IMG/VR virus record: IMGVR_UViG_3300020045_005117
Coordinates: 1 to 44,629 of that record
DNA from: a virus
Taxonomy: Duplodnaviria; Caudoviricetes
DNA: 44,629 nt
Reading direction: 5' to 3' (one strand)
Shown: positions 17,537 through 27,215 of the stretch, in pieces
Layout: every line of letters begins with the position of its first letter
How positions within the stretch are numbered: the first letter of the stretch is position 1
Notes under the pieces: generated by a model
Databases searched by the model: none
Told to the model about the DNA's origin: nothing
Seen by the model: the letters and a program-made list of their open reading frames with translations, nothing else
Program-made: the position numbers and the translations under genes

Positions 17537-19465
17537 ATGAAACAGAAGGTAATAGGAACTAAGGGATATATTTCTGTGACTGAGAAAGATAAGGCTATGG
17601 CACTTAAAGAGTCTTTTCAGGGTGAAGTAGTCGATGTACCTGTCAAATTTCCAAGAGAACTAGGCGCCGAACATCCATTTGAATTTGAAGATGCTGAGAA
17701 AGTACTCAAACATGTGGGCTTAATCAATGGAGCAGTCAACAAGATTGCAAATAAGATAGTAGGAGAATTCACAATCAAATCAGATGATCCAAAGATTAAA
17801 ACAGCAATAGATACCCTAATTAAAGAAACAGATCTAAAAATAGTCACAAAGCAATGGGTCAAAGAAGGATTAAGCAAGGGGAATGGATTCATGGAACTAG
17901 ACGTCCAAACTCCCCAAGTCAAAGTGAATAATGCGAACTATATGTATGTTAAACGAAATTCAAAGGGAGAAGTAAAAGAGTATAATCAATTTTTAGGCAA
18001 TTTAAACAACTTCAATCCAGGAAGCAGAAAGCTGACACCCTTTAAACCTGAAAAGATAGCACATCTTAAGATTAATGCAATCGCAGGTGAACCGTATGGA
18101 TATGGAATGATTATACCTAATGAACGAGTGATTGAAAACATCGTTCAGATGGAGCAAGACTATCACAAATTAATAAAGAGGAAAGCAGGGGCCCCAATAC
18201 ACGCCAAATTAGGGCAACCAGGAGAAACAGTAGCATCTGAATCACTAGATGAGATGTCTGATAAACTCAAGTATATGACAAATCGAACTGAATGGGTCAC
18301 TGATGGAAACTGTGAGTTTAAGGTTATTGATTTTGGAGAAATAGGTAAAAACCTCACAGACGCACTAACATATGACTTCAGAATGTTGATTGCAGGATTA
18401 GAGATACCTGAAGTATCATTTGGAAGCGGTCAACTAAATGAAGGAATTGCCCAGACTCAGAAGGAAGAATTACAAGAGATGATCTCATCTATTCAAGACG
18501 AAGTAGAAACAATCCTTGAACGTCAGATATTCAAGCCTTACTTAGAATACCAAGGGTTATCTGGTGATATAGAGTTTGTATGGAATCTACCCAGTGAAGC
18601 CGAGATAAACGCAAGAATTGAGAAAATCACTGCCTTACTTGGAAACATGAATATAACAGAAAATATGGCTAGAATGCTGCAGTTAGAATTAGCTAGACTA
18701 CTCCATATAGAAGATGCAGAAGAATATCTACTTGCACCTGAAGTTGGCGCAGATGAAGAAGAATCAGATATGGACAAAGCAGTCAAGCAAGCTGGAATAG
18801 ACAACACAGTAGCTAAAACAGAGAAGCAATCACCCGAACGAAAGAAAGAGGAAAGCCTCAAGCAACCTGAAATACCTGGAGAAAAGCTAAACGCAAGCGA
18901 TACAATAACAATTAAAGAATCAGATTTAATCCTTAGCGGAGACATAGGAGTTCGAGAGTTTTGCAATTTACAAGAAATAAAAGGATTCAATTATTCAGAA
19001 TATCTCATAAGCATACTCAAACGAATTAAAACAGACAAGTTCGAAGAATTACGTGCTTTGACTGAGAAAGATGTATCTGACGGATTACTTGATGAGGATC
19101 AAATAAAGAAATTAAGACTTATATTAAGAGATGGATTTAAACGAAACAGAACCATCAGACAAATCGAGAAAGAAATAAAAGATTCATTAGATCTAAAAGA
19201 TAGAGTAGCTATAAATGGTTCGGTTATACCTGCAGAATCAAGACCTAACATGATCGCCAGAACAGAAACAATCAGACTTGCAAATGCCGGACTTTTAGAT
19301 AATTATAAAGAGAATGGAGTAGACAAAGTCAGATGGCTCGCAGCGTTGTCAGATAGAACATGCCCAGAATGTGAAAGTATGAACTCTCAAGTATTCACAT
19401 TACAAGAAAGCTATGGTCAAATTCCTCTGCATCCAAATTGTAGATGCACCTGGGTGAGCATCTAA
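17537..19465 (+). CDS. Portal protein fused to a C-terminal MuF/SPP1-gp7-like head morphogenesis domain
   Basis: After TerL; portal-like GNGFMEL and IAHLK...PYGYG; C-terminal IARTET, DRTCPEC, PLHPNCRC. Confidence 0.88.
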   Translation: MKQKVIGTKGYISVTEKDKAMALKESFQGEVVDVPVKFPRELGAEHPFEFEDAEKVLKHVGLINGAVNKIANKIVGEFTIKSDDPKIKTAIDTLIKETDLKIVTKQWVKEGLSKGNGFMELDVQTPQVKVNNANYMYVKRNSKGEVKEYNQFLGNLNNFNPGSRKLTPFKPEKIAHLKINAIAGEPYGYGMIIPNERVIENIVQMEQDYHKLIKRKAGAPIHAKLGQPGETVASESLDEMSDKLKYMTNRTEWVTDGNCEFKVIDFGEIGKNLTDALTYDFRMLIAGLEIPEVSFGSGQLNEGIAQTQKEELQEMISSIQDEVETILERQIFKPYLEYQGLSGDIEFVWNLPSEAEINARIEKITALLGNMNITENMARMLQLELARLLHIEDAEEYLLAPEVGADEEESDMDKAVKQAGIDNTVAKTEKQSPERKKEESLKQPEIPGEKLNASDTITIKESDLILSGDIGVREFCNLQEIKGFNYSEYLISILKRIKTDKFEELRALTEKDVSDGLLDEDQIKKLRLILRDGFKRNRTIRQIEKEIKDSLDLKDRVAINGSVIPAESRPNMIARTETIRLANAGLLDNYKENGVDKVRWLAALSDRTCPECESMNSQVFTLQESYGQIPLHPNCRCTWVSI

Positions 19466-20085
19466 TGGGACATATCACACATCCTACTCTAGGAAGTCCA
19501 TGCGCATTAGTTAGTCCATATGGAGAATTAATAGTTAATGGAAGTAGAAGCATTGATCCAACAAATGATTCTATGCGAATTATTACTAATGAACATAGTA
19601 AAATACATCAGGGAGAGCATTTTAATTTAAGAGGATTTAGTTCTATTAATTCTGGAGGCACTCTGAATTTCGGAGTAACTACGCCAAACGGAAGCAAATG
19701 GTGTCATTTAGTATTTACAGTAGATGGTACAACACAAACAGAAGTTTATGGGTACGAAGGAGCCACTCTCTCTGGAGGGACAATATTAAGTGGATTAAAC
19801 AATAATCGAAATTCACCCACATTACCAACCTTACAAATAAGAAGGAATGTAGTAATTTCAGGGACAACACCTACTAGCGGATTATTAATTGAGAGTCATT
19901 CAAAAGGAAGAGAGGGAACAAATCCATCTGAAGCAGATAGTTCATCATCAGTTAGTAGAGAAGATGAGTGGATATTGAAATCAGGTACTACATATTTATG
20001 GACAATTATATCTCAAGGTTCAGGAAATATTATAGACTTTTCATCATCTTGGTATGAAAATACAGACAAACTGAGGTTATTTTAA
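19465..20085 (+). CDS. SG/GS-rich beta-strand protein, probable virion component
   Basis: Lies in the head module; about 10 Ser next to Gly; start moved to ATG 19465. Confidence 0.65.
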   Translation: MGHITHPTLGSPCALVSPYGELIVNGSRSIDPTNDSMRIITNEHSKIHQGEHFNLRGFSSINSGGTLNFGVTTPNGSKWCHLVFTVDGTTQTEVYGYEGATLSGGTILSGLNNNRNSPTLPTLQIRRNVVISGTTPTSGLLIESHSKGREGTNPSEADSSSSVSREDEWILKSGTTYLWTIISQGSGNIIDFSSSWYENTDKLRLF

Positions 20086-20522
20086 TGAAAGAACTTAAAG
20101 AAGAAATAATTGAATTTTTAGAAGAAATTAATCAGATTATGCAAGCGCAGAGAGAAATACCATCCAATAATTATATAAAGTTCGATCCGTACTTATTTAT
20201 GACCTGGAGGTTAATCAATGCTTATAACAGAAGATAATATACCTAAATGTGCAAACGAATCTAAGTGCGGAAATAAAGGATTTATTTATCTAGATGGTAA
20301 GTTTTGGTGCGGAGAATGCATGAATAGACATATTAAAAGAGTCGCAGAAGCCAGAGAAAAGCTAATGCTTGAAGAATGAAGTGCAACAACTGCTCAACAG
20401 ATAAACATATGGAAGAACTAAACAAATTTAACTTTGTATTGAAGGGTAAACCAAAAAACGTACTTGTCTGCGATAGATGTCTTATTATGCTTAGGAGGAT
20501 AAATCCGTGCCAATACACATAG
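20085..20522 (+). CDS. Three coupled microproteins (20085..20237, 20218..20379, 20376..20522); the last two are Cys4 Zn fingers
   Basis: Hand-translated: MKELKEEII...; MLITEDNIPKCANESKC...WCGEC; MKCNNC...VCDRC. Confidence 0.6.
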
Positions 20523-20842
20523 ACAAAGAAACAAGGCAAAGAGTAGTGCACGACAGATACTGCGGAGATTTACAGTATGATCTAGAAGGAGATAGCGTAA
20601 TCACTAGAGAATCAGTTCCAGTCATAGGACCATGGACAGACAACTCACCAAATGGACAAACAAGTGGAGATGTATCAAGCAGTACTCAGCAACACTTCGC
20701 AGGAATAACTAATCAACTATTTGGTCAAGACGCAGAACTAGAAGGTGAGAAATTACCTCCACTTAATGAAGTAGGTGAAAATGCAGAAATATACAGAAGA
20801 AGAAAAATCAGGAGGCACATAGACCTTGGACCTAAATGCTGA
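20507..20842 (+). CDS. Hypothetical protein (head module)
   Basis: GTG start after AGGAGG. Confidence 0.75.
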   Translation: MPIHIDKETRQRVVHDRYCGDLQYDLEGDSVITRESVPVIGPWTDNSPNGQTSGDVSSSTQQHFAGITNQLFGQDAELEGEKLPPLNEVGENAEIYRRRKIRRHIDLGPKC

Positions 20843-21149
20843 TATAACTTTAACAGAAGGGCAGGAGTTTATAACTACTGACGTAATCACTGGAAATCTT
20901 AATAGCATAATCATAGAATCCCCAGACAAAGTAGATATAATAATCACTAGCGAACATGGGTATCCGATACTTAAATCATTACAGTTTCAAGGAATAAAAT
21001 GTTTTGCACCTAGAAACAGAACTACTTCTTCAGAAGAGCACATCATGGATGTTAATCAGTTTGATAAATTTTTATTAAATGAGAGAATTGAAATTATAAT
21101 CACTGGACCGAAGAACTCGACGGTAAGAATGATTCTAAGAACCGAATAA
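20826..21149 (+). CDS. Hypothetical protein (head module)
   Basis: TTG start after GGAGG; 107 aa. Confidence 0.7.
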   Translation: MDLNADITLTEGQEFITTDVITGNLNSIIIESPDKVDIIITSEHGYPILKSLQFQGIKCFAPRNRTTSSEEHIMDVNQFDKFLLNERIEIIITGPKNSTVRMILRTE

Positions 21150-21179
21150 GTATATACTGGGCTTGTCTATATTTATTAA
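21149..21179 (+). promoter_or_regulatory. Late promoter: AGTATATACT plus ATTTATTAA
   Basis: Upstream of the protease/capsid unit; 22-nt offset as at 17485. Confidence 0.7.
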
Positions 21180-21209
21180 GTAAATAGATAGCTTACGTTT
21201 GGAGACAAC

Positions 21210-22091
21210 ATGCCCGAAACAATAAAAGAAAGTTTAAACTTTACTTATTCTATACCTATCGAAGAGAAAGGTGTGTTCAATTCTGATTTTATAATTGCCG
21301 GAACAGCCATCAATGCAACCATCACAAGTAATAATCATAAATTTCTACCTGAAGTATTACAGCAATCAGCAAACTCGCTTATAGGTGTACCTCTTTTAGT
21401 TGATCATGAAAACAAGGTAGAAAACATCAAAGGCAGAGTAGTCTACGCAGGTTATGACAATGTAGGCCAGAAAATACCATTTAAAGCTAAGGTGATGGAT
21501 CCAAAGATTCAAGAAATGATTAAAGACGGAAGATTAAACAGCGTTTCAGTAGGCGCAACAGTAAATCCAAAAGACATAGAAGAAGGCGAAGATGGATGTA
21601 TCATACCTCACAATATCACATTCAAAGAACTTAGTCTTGTCGCAGTCCCTGCAGATCATAACGCTACATTCCAAGTAGCTATGAATCAGGCATATAAAGC
21701 AAGCAAAATCGAAATTAAAACAGAACCTGTAGAAATCAAGGTAGAGCAAAAAATAGAACCTATAGTCACAAATGACAATCACAACAGTGAAAGGAGGTTA
21801 GAAATGAGTGAACAAATAGAGACAAAGGTCGAGCAGAAACTCGAAGTTAAGGAAGCAGTCAAAGACAACTCAATGGAACTATTAAGTGCAATCAAATCAA
21901 TGGGTGAACAACTCAACGCAATGAATGCTAAGATAGCATCTATGGAGAAATCTAAAGTTCAAGAAAAAGCAGTTCAAGTAGAAGAAGCAGAGGAAATCGA
22001 AGAGACAGCAACAGCTGACTACAAGATAGTACAAGGATTTGGAGACTTGAAGGGCGGTGCGTTCTCATACGTAAGAAATAATTACAGATGA
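21210..22091 (+). CDS. Prohead protease with C-terminal scaffold-like region
   Basis: PLLVDH, SVSVGA and ELSLVAVPA motifs; charged helical C-terminus with internal SD GGAGGT before MSEQ. Confidence 0.88.
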   Translation: MPETIKESLNFTYSIPIEEKGVFNSDFIIAGTAINATITSNNHKFLPEVLQQSANSLIGVPLLVDHENKVENIKGRVVYAGYDNVGQKIPFKAKVMDPKIQEMIKDGRLNSVSVGATVNPKDIEEGEDGCIIPHNITFKELSLVAVPADHNATFQVAMNQAYKASKIEIKTEPVEIKVEQKIEPIVTNDNHNSERRLEMSEQIETKVEQKLEVKEAVKDNSMELLSAIKSMGEQLNAMNAKIASMEKSKVQEKAVQVEEAEEIEETATADYKIVQGFGDLKGGAFSYVRNNYR

Positions 22092-22597
22092 CAGCAGCAA
22101 ATGAACTAGGAATTCAAGTAGTCTTTGATGGAGCATGTCCAAGAACAATAACAGGTAAAGCTAGGGAAAACATCTCTGGCGGATGTTTTGTAGTTTGTTC
22201 AGGCACTGCAGTAACAACAGGAGTAATTACATCTGGAGCAACTTCATTCGTCGCAAGCGATATTGAATTTGCACTATGTACAACATCTTTTGGTTCTGGA
22301 GTCGAACAGATTAACGGAATCTCACTTGCACCAATTGCAAGCGGAGCATACGGTACAATCGCAACAAGAGGAGCTTATATAGTCAAAGCAGGAGGTAGCG
22401 TACTTGAAGGAACTTTAGTTGAAGCATTATCGGCAACTTGTGTACAGACTCTAGGAAGTAAAGCAGTACCAACCAACCCTCAAGCAGGAGTAGGTAACGT
22501 ATCTTGCAAGATTCCAGGAGCAACCACAATCGGTAGAGCATTGACAGGAGCAACATCAGGAACAAATATCTACACACTCGTATATTTCAATTTTTAA
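22088..22597 (+). CDS. Capsid decoration/cement protein (putative)
   Basis: Between protease and capsid; A/G/T/S-rich; ends IGRALTGA. Confidence 0.7.
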   Translation: MTAANELGIQVVFDGACPRTITGKARENISGGCFVVCSGTAVTTGVITSGATSFVASDIEFALCTTSFGSGVEQINGISLAPIASGAYGTIATRGAYIVKAGGSVLEGTLVEALSATCVQTLGSKAVPTNPQAGVGNVSCKIPGATTIGRALTGATSGTNIYTLVYFNF

Positions 22598-23458
22598 ATG
22601 GCATTCGAAAAAATACAAGAATACATTCAGACATCGAAAGGATCACAAGGTACATTATTGATTCCAAAATTAATAATGCCGACATTGATCGCAGCAGCTA
22701 ACAAGGCATTACTGCCTCGTGAACTTGCAGCTATGGTGTGGGGACCAAATCAGATTCAAGGATCATCTTTCTCAATTAATCTAGAAACACCAGACTCAAT
22801 GACCCTACCTAGAAACGTAGGAGAAGGAGCTGAAATCGTACTAGATTCATTAGATTACTCTAGCGTAACTTACACACCCGTTAAATACGGAATTTGTATA
22901 AGGGTAACTAGGGAAATGATGGAAGATAGTCAATTTGATTTATTCCAAGGTAACGTTGCATATGCAGGTAAGAAGTTCGCAGAACTAGAAACTAACCTTG
23001 TTATTACAGCACTTGACGGAGCAAATACAACAATCACTGGTGGAGCAAGTATCACTATTGCAGATATCACATCTGGAATGCTGGCAATTGAAAATCAGGA
23101 TTTTGTAGCAACTGACTTTATAGCAGGAAATGAAGTATTAAATGATCTTAGGAACATCGATACATTCGTAGAAGCAGACAAATCAGGTAACACTGAAATG
23201 TTGAGCAGAGGATTCAAGGGTATAATCTATGGTATGAATGTTGCAAAGTTCAGCACAAACGCTGCACCAACAACAACATATACTAAATACGGTTATATAA
23301 TTGATAGAAGTCAAGCGTATGGTATTGCAATCAAACGAGACTTAACAGTAGAGAACTTTGACTTACCAACTTTTGATATGCAGGGAGCAGCAATTACAAT
23401 GAGACTTGCTGTTAATTTGCATAGAAATAAGGCAGTAGCAAAGATAACTACAACGTAA
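22598..23458 (+). CDS. Major capsid protein (HK97 fold)
   Basis: GTLLIP, VGEGAEI, KYGICIRVTREMMEDS, GIIYGMNV; position. Confidence 0.9.
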   Translation: MAFEKIQEYIQTSKGSQGTLLIPKLIMPTLIAAANKALLPRELAAMVWGPNQIQGSSFSINLETPDSMTLPRNVGEGAEIVLDSLDYSSVTYTPVKYGICIRVTREMMEDSQFDLFQGNVAYAGKKFAELETNLVITALDGANTTITGGASITIADITSGMLAIENQDFVATDFIAGNEVLNDLRNIDTFVEADKSGNTEMLSRGFKGIIYGMNVAKFSTNAAPTTTYTKYGYIIDRSQAYGIAIKRDLTVENFDLPTFDMQGAAITMRLAVNLHRNKAVAKITTT

Positions 23459-23469
23459 CAATACGTAAC

Positions 23470-23488
23470 TTTTTTATTTTTATTTTTT
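23470..23488 (+). terminator. Oligo-T tract, archaeal-type terminator
   Basis: TTTTTTATTTTTATTTTTT just after the capsid stop in an otherwise A-rich strand. Confidence 0.65.
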
Positions 23489-23569
23489 AATTATAATCAA
23501 GAAAGCAAAGAACTGCGGACCCGTTCCGCAGGATGGTCAATAGACAGCATAAATAGCGGGAGGTAAAAC

Positions 23570-23818
23570 ATAGCAGACAGTACAACAACAGGAAGTATAG
23601 TAGCAGGATTAGTACATGGACTTACAGGAGGAGTTCTACCTAGTGGAACCTATTCCGATATTAAGCCAGAAATCATCTACGTAGCTCATAGCCCTCATAA
23701 TTATGTCACTTGCGTCACAGGAAGCGATATAGCTTATTGTTTTGGAGATGGAAAATTCTACATGGCAGATAAGAACAGAGGAGCAGGAGGTAGTGGATGG
23801 TACGCAATGTCCTCTTAA
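23570..23818 (+). CDS. Hidden 82-aa probable virion protein starting at ATA
   Basis: GGGAGGT-AAAAC-ATA GCA GAC...; in-frame TAA at 23564; open to TAA 23816; G/S/T-rich like its neighbours. Confidence 0.7.
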   Translation: MADSTTTGSIVAGLVHGLTGGVLPSGTYSDIKPEIIYVAHSPHNYVTCVTGSDIAYCFGDGKFYMADKNRGAGGSGWYAMSS

Positions 23819-23875
23819 ATTCATTTATGACGTGAGGACCACCTTCGTCATAGAAAATACAAAAATAAAAGGAAA

Positions 23876-24175
23876 ATGGTATACACACTACAAGCAGGAA
23901 TAAGAGATAGAGAGTATAATAGTTATACAGCCGTTCAAGCAGGTTCACTAGCAGCCCAAGCAGTATTTATAGCCTCAGGATTAACCGCAGGATTAGCAGT
24001 ATCTGGAACAGTTCTGGCCACACAATGGACAGGAGTAGGTTCAGTTATGATTTCAGGCACATTGCCTTATCATGCTGCACCAGGAAGCGTTTTATTATGC
24101 GGATATTCTGGAACTAATATAATTGCATTAAGATGCACCTCCGCAGGATTCCTGATAATGGCATCAGGATTATAA
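23876..24175 (+). CDS. Small SG/GS-rich virion protein
   Basis: 99 aa; 8 of 10 Ser are next to Gly. Confidence 0.7.
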   Translation: MVYTLQAGIRDREYNSYTAVQAGSLAAQAVFIASGLTAGLAVSGTVLATQWTGVGSVMISGTLPYHAAPGSVLLCGYSGTNIIALRCTSAGFLIMASGL

Positions 24176-24184
24176 GGAGTATAA

Positions 24185-24553
24185 ATGAGCAATAATACAA
24201 TTGGTAGTATAGCTTTACACCTCTCTGAGAGTTTCAACAATATCTCACCAGGAATGAGTGGAAATCTAGTAATCATTGCAGACATGGCTCGACAGCACGT
24301 TGAGAACTATGTTGGCGTAGCGATAGGTTCAAATTCAATACCTATTCAATATCAACCGCCTATTGTAAGTTTTGCAAAGGCAGATTTAATAGACCTAATC
24401 AACGCACAAGCAGGAGGAGAGAGTATCACATTGTCTGAACTCAGTATTAATGATACTGGAGAGCAAATGTCCGCAGAACAATGGCGTTTATTAGGCGAAA
24501 TGCAACTGAAATCGATAGGCCACAGAGTATACGTAGCTCGTTCTATTAGTTAA
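24185..24553 (+). CDS. Head-tail adaptor (putative)
   Basis: Helical, ARQHVENYVG, ITLSELSI; position. Confidence 0.65.
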   Translation: MSNNTIGSIALHLSESFNNISPGMSGNLVIIADMARQHVENYVGVAIGSNSIPIQYQPPIVSFAKADLIDLINAQAGGESITLSELSINDTGEQMSAEQWRLLGEMQLKSIGHRVYVARSIS

Positions 24554-24972
24554 TGAGTACTTCGAATTCCCTACAACAGGGATTCAATAGTATCATAACC
24601 AAAGCAGGTACACAAGTCAGACTTAAATATTATTCTCAAGGATATGACGATGTGTATGATGATTCAGTTACTCTAGTACAAAGCGGTGCTGACCTTTGGA
24701 CAAGCGGAATAGTCCTAGCAATATCAAGTGGAAAAGGACAAGATAATCTGCTCCTAGAACAAGGTAAACTTACTAATTCCGATAAAAAGCTATTTCTAAA
24801 CGGAAGTTTATTATTAACAGGGAATAAAATGCAGGTTAAATTCATGATCGGAAGCCCAGGATATGAATACTCTATCTTACCAGATGGAACCTCGACCCAC
24901 GAAGTAGAAGGACAAACAATTTATACAAAAGTCTATCTACGGAGATTGACTGGGAGTCTAATTGGCGAATGA
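24553..24972 (+). CDS. Head closure/stopper protein (putative)
   Basis: Beta-rich, 139 aa, follows the adaptor. Confidence 0.6.
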   Translation: MSTSNSLQQGFNSIITKAGTQVRLKYYSQGYDDVYDDSVTLVQSGADLWTSGIVLAISSGKGQDNLLLEQGKLTNSDKKLFLNGSLLLTGNKMQVKFMIGSPGYEYSILPDGTSTHEVEGQTIYTKVYLRRLTGSLIGE

Positions 24973-26447
24973 TTATAAAAAGCAGTTCAGGATTCGAGAT
25001 AAAATCCCCTACAGACATAAGCGGATGTATAGCCTATTATAATTTTGAGACTGGTTCAGGCGCAGTAATTGATTCAATTAATGGGTATAATGGGACCTTA
25101 ACAAATAATCCAACATACGTGTCAGGTAGATTCGGAGATTATGCTATGAACTTCACAGGCACAAGTACTCCACAAGGAATATATCTTCCTTCATCATTTA
25201 TACCACATACTGCTAGTATCTCATTTTGGCAGAAAGCAAATGGGAATGGTACTCCAGATGCCGGAGGAACAATAACCTCTCTGAATTCAAACTTAGACAC
25301 TAGAACTAGATTATTTTATAGCAATTCTAAATATATCAGATTTATTAAAGGTAATCCACTCTCTCAATCCGATGTTTATAATGTAAATTTAGGACAATGG
25401 TATCATGTCGTACTTACATGGGACGCCACAACTCTAAAAGCAAAAATGTATGTAAATGCTAGATTGATTAATGAGTTTTCATACACAGATAACACTACTT
25501 CTCAGACTACTGCTTATTTTGGTACTTTCGGATTCTCTCAGCCAAACCCAGGTAGCTTCAATGGCGAGATAGATGAAATAGCTATTTATGATAGAGTCCT
25601 AGAAACAGAAGAAGTAAACAAATTATACAACCAAGGCTATCCAAAGTTTATGGAAATTAAGAGTGAGTCAAACAACTTCACATTTAAATCAGAACAATCC
25701 TTTAAATCATTATTACCTTCAGACTTTTCAGGATGTGTCGCATATTTTCCGCTTAGTACTAGTGGAACATATACCTATGATTCAACTGGAACTTATTCAG
25801 GATTAGTCGTAGGAAGCATATATCAGTCAGAAGGAAGATATACGAGTGGAACTGAATTCATAGGGAGTATATCTAAAACATCTGGTTCAATAGTGATAGA
25901 AAATACTCCTAACTTACAAATTTCAGGTAACTTGACAATCATGTTCTGGACAAAACCATTTTTATACGGATATAGAAGAAACCCTATAGATAAATCATAT
26001 GGTGGCGAATATGCCTTCACATTTGAGACTTCTGGAATACTTAATTTTTATATGGGATCGCAAGCAACAACAGGAAGTTATCAATCGCTTGGAACTAATA
26101 CTATAATTCCTTTAAATGAATGGACACATCTAGCACTAGTAAGAAATATGGATTTAAACAGACTCTTTTGGTATGTAAACGGAGCATTGGACAATCACAA
26201 TGCTATCTATATGCCTGTCAAACCCACTGGAAGTCCGATTAAAATAGGTTATGGATATGTGGGAAGCACTTATACTGGAAGAATGAGTGATCTAGCATTT
26301 TTCAATACTGCTTTATCAATTTCAGAAGTGCAACAAATATATAATGCAGGAAGAACTAATTATTCAGAGTTCAAACACAATGAAAATGATTATATATTAA
26401 AATCACCAATAGATATTATAGACATAAAGTTAAAGGAGGTAACATGA
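24969..26447 (+). CDS. Tandem LamG (concanavalin-like) domain protein
   Basis: Two copies of AYY/YF...WYHVVLTW or WTHLALV...YVNG/A...FNGEIDEIAIYDRVL or GRMSDLAFFNTAL. Confidence 0.9.
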   Translation: MIIKSSSGFEIKSPTDISGCIAYYNFETGSGAVIDSINGYNGTLTNNPTYVSGRFGDYAMNFTGTSTPQGIYLPSSFIPHTASISFWQKANGNGTPDAGGTITSLNSNLDTRTRLFYSNSKYIRFIKGNPLSQSDVYNVNLGQWYHVVLTWDATTLKAKMYVNARLINEFSYTDNTTSQTTAYFGTFGFSQPNPGSFNGEIDEIAIYDRVLETEEVNKLYNQGYPKFMEIKSESNNFTFKSEQSFKSLLPSDFSGCVAYFPLSTSGTYTYDSTGTYSGLVVGSIYQSEGRYTSGTEFIGSISKTSGSIVIENTPNLQISGNLTIMFWTKPFLYGYRRNPIDKSYGGEYAFTFETSGILNFYMGSQATTGSYQSLGTNTIIPLNEWTHLALVRNMDLNRLFWYVNGALDNHNAIYMPVKPTGSPIKIGYGYVGSTYTGRMSDLAFFNTALSISEVQQIYNAGRTNYSEFKHNENDYILKSPIDIIDIKLKEVT

Positions 26448-26770
26448 ACACATTCAAAATAAAGAAGAACGATACATCCCCTGCATTAGGAGTAACCCTT
26501 GAATATTCAAATGGAAGTCCAATAGATTTGACTGGAGGAAGCGTATGGTTTAACATGGGAAATATCACAACTTATGCTCCATACACTAGCGGACAATGCG
26601 TAATCACTGACAGTGGATTAGGGATGGTAGAATACCGATGGAATGGAACAACAGACACTGGAAGCGCAGGTAAATACTGGGGAGAGTTTGAATTCCAGAC
26701 AAATGGAAGCAAAATGACTCTACCTTCTGATCATAGTTTCGTAGTACAAGTATTTGAGGATTATAACTGA
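26444..26770 (+). CDS. BppU-N-like Ig-fold virion protein
   Basis: FKIKKNDTSPALGVTL...PIDLTG...GMVEYRW..DT..AGKYWGEF...TLPS. Confidence 0.7.
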   Translation: MNTFKIKKNDTSPALGVTLEYSNGSPIDLTGGSVWFNMGNITTYAPYTSGQCVITDSGLGMVEYRWNGTTDTGSAGKYWGEFEFQTNGSKMTLPSDHSFVVQVFEDYN

Positions 26771-27138
26771 TGAGCGTAAAAGTTGAAGTCAGACTCGACG
26801 ACTTTAAACGAACAATGAAAGAAAAACAGGATAAAATGAAGATTTTATTGCCGAAGGGAGTTGCGAATGCTACGTTATATCTCCATGGTAAAATAAAAAA
26901 CTCTATAGCAAGAGGAACAAATGCAGATGTAGCCGTTGACACCGGAAGATTCCTAAATTCTGTAGATTTTGATAGTCCCAAAGATACTCAAGGAAGAGTA
27001 TTCACAGATTTGGAATACGCAAAATTCATAGAGTACGGAACAAGTAAAATGGCTGCAAGACCACACTTTCGTAACACTGCTGCAGTCGAAAAAGAGAAAA
27101 TCAAAGAAGAAATGAGCAACGAAGTTAAATTATTATAG
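26770..27138 (+). CDS. HK97 gp10-like neck/tail completion protein
   Basis: VDTGRFLNS, YAKFIEYGTSKMAARPHF. Confidence 0.9.
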   Translation: MSVKVEVRLDDFKRTMKEKQDKMKILLPKGVANATLYLHGKIKNSIARGTNADVAVDTGRFLNSVDFDSPKDTQGRVFTDLEYAKFIEYGTSKMAARPHFRNTAAVEKEKIKEEMSNEVKLL

Positions 27139-27166
27139 TATATACTGCTTTAAAAAGATTTATTAA
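27137..27166 (+). promoter_or_regulatory. Late promoter: AGTATATACT plus ATTTATTAA
   Basis: Upstream of the tail unit; 21-nt offset. Confidence 0.7.
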
Positions 27167-27215
27167 ACAAGTACAATAGATAACTATGCACAAGCGAGTG
27201 CAAATAGGTCATGCA

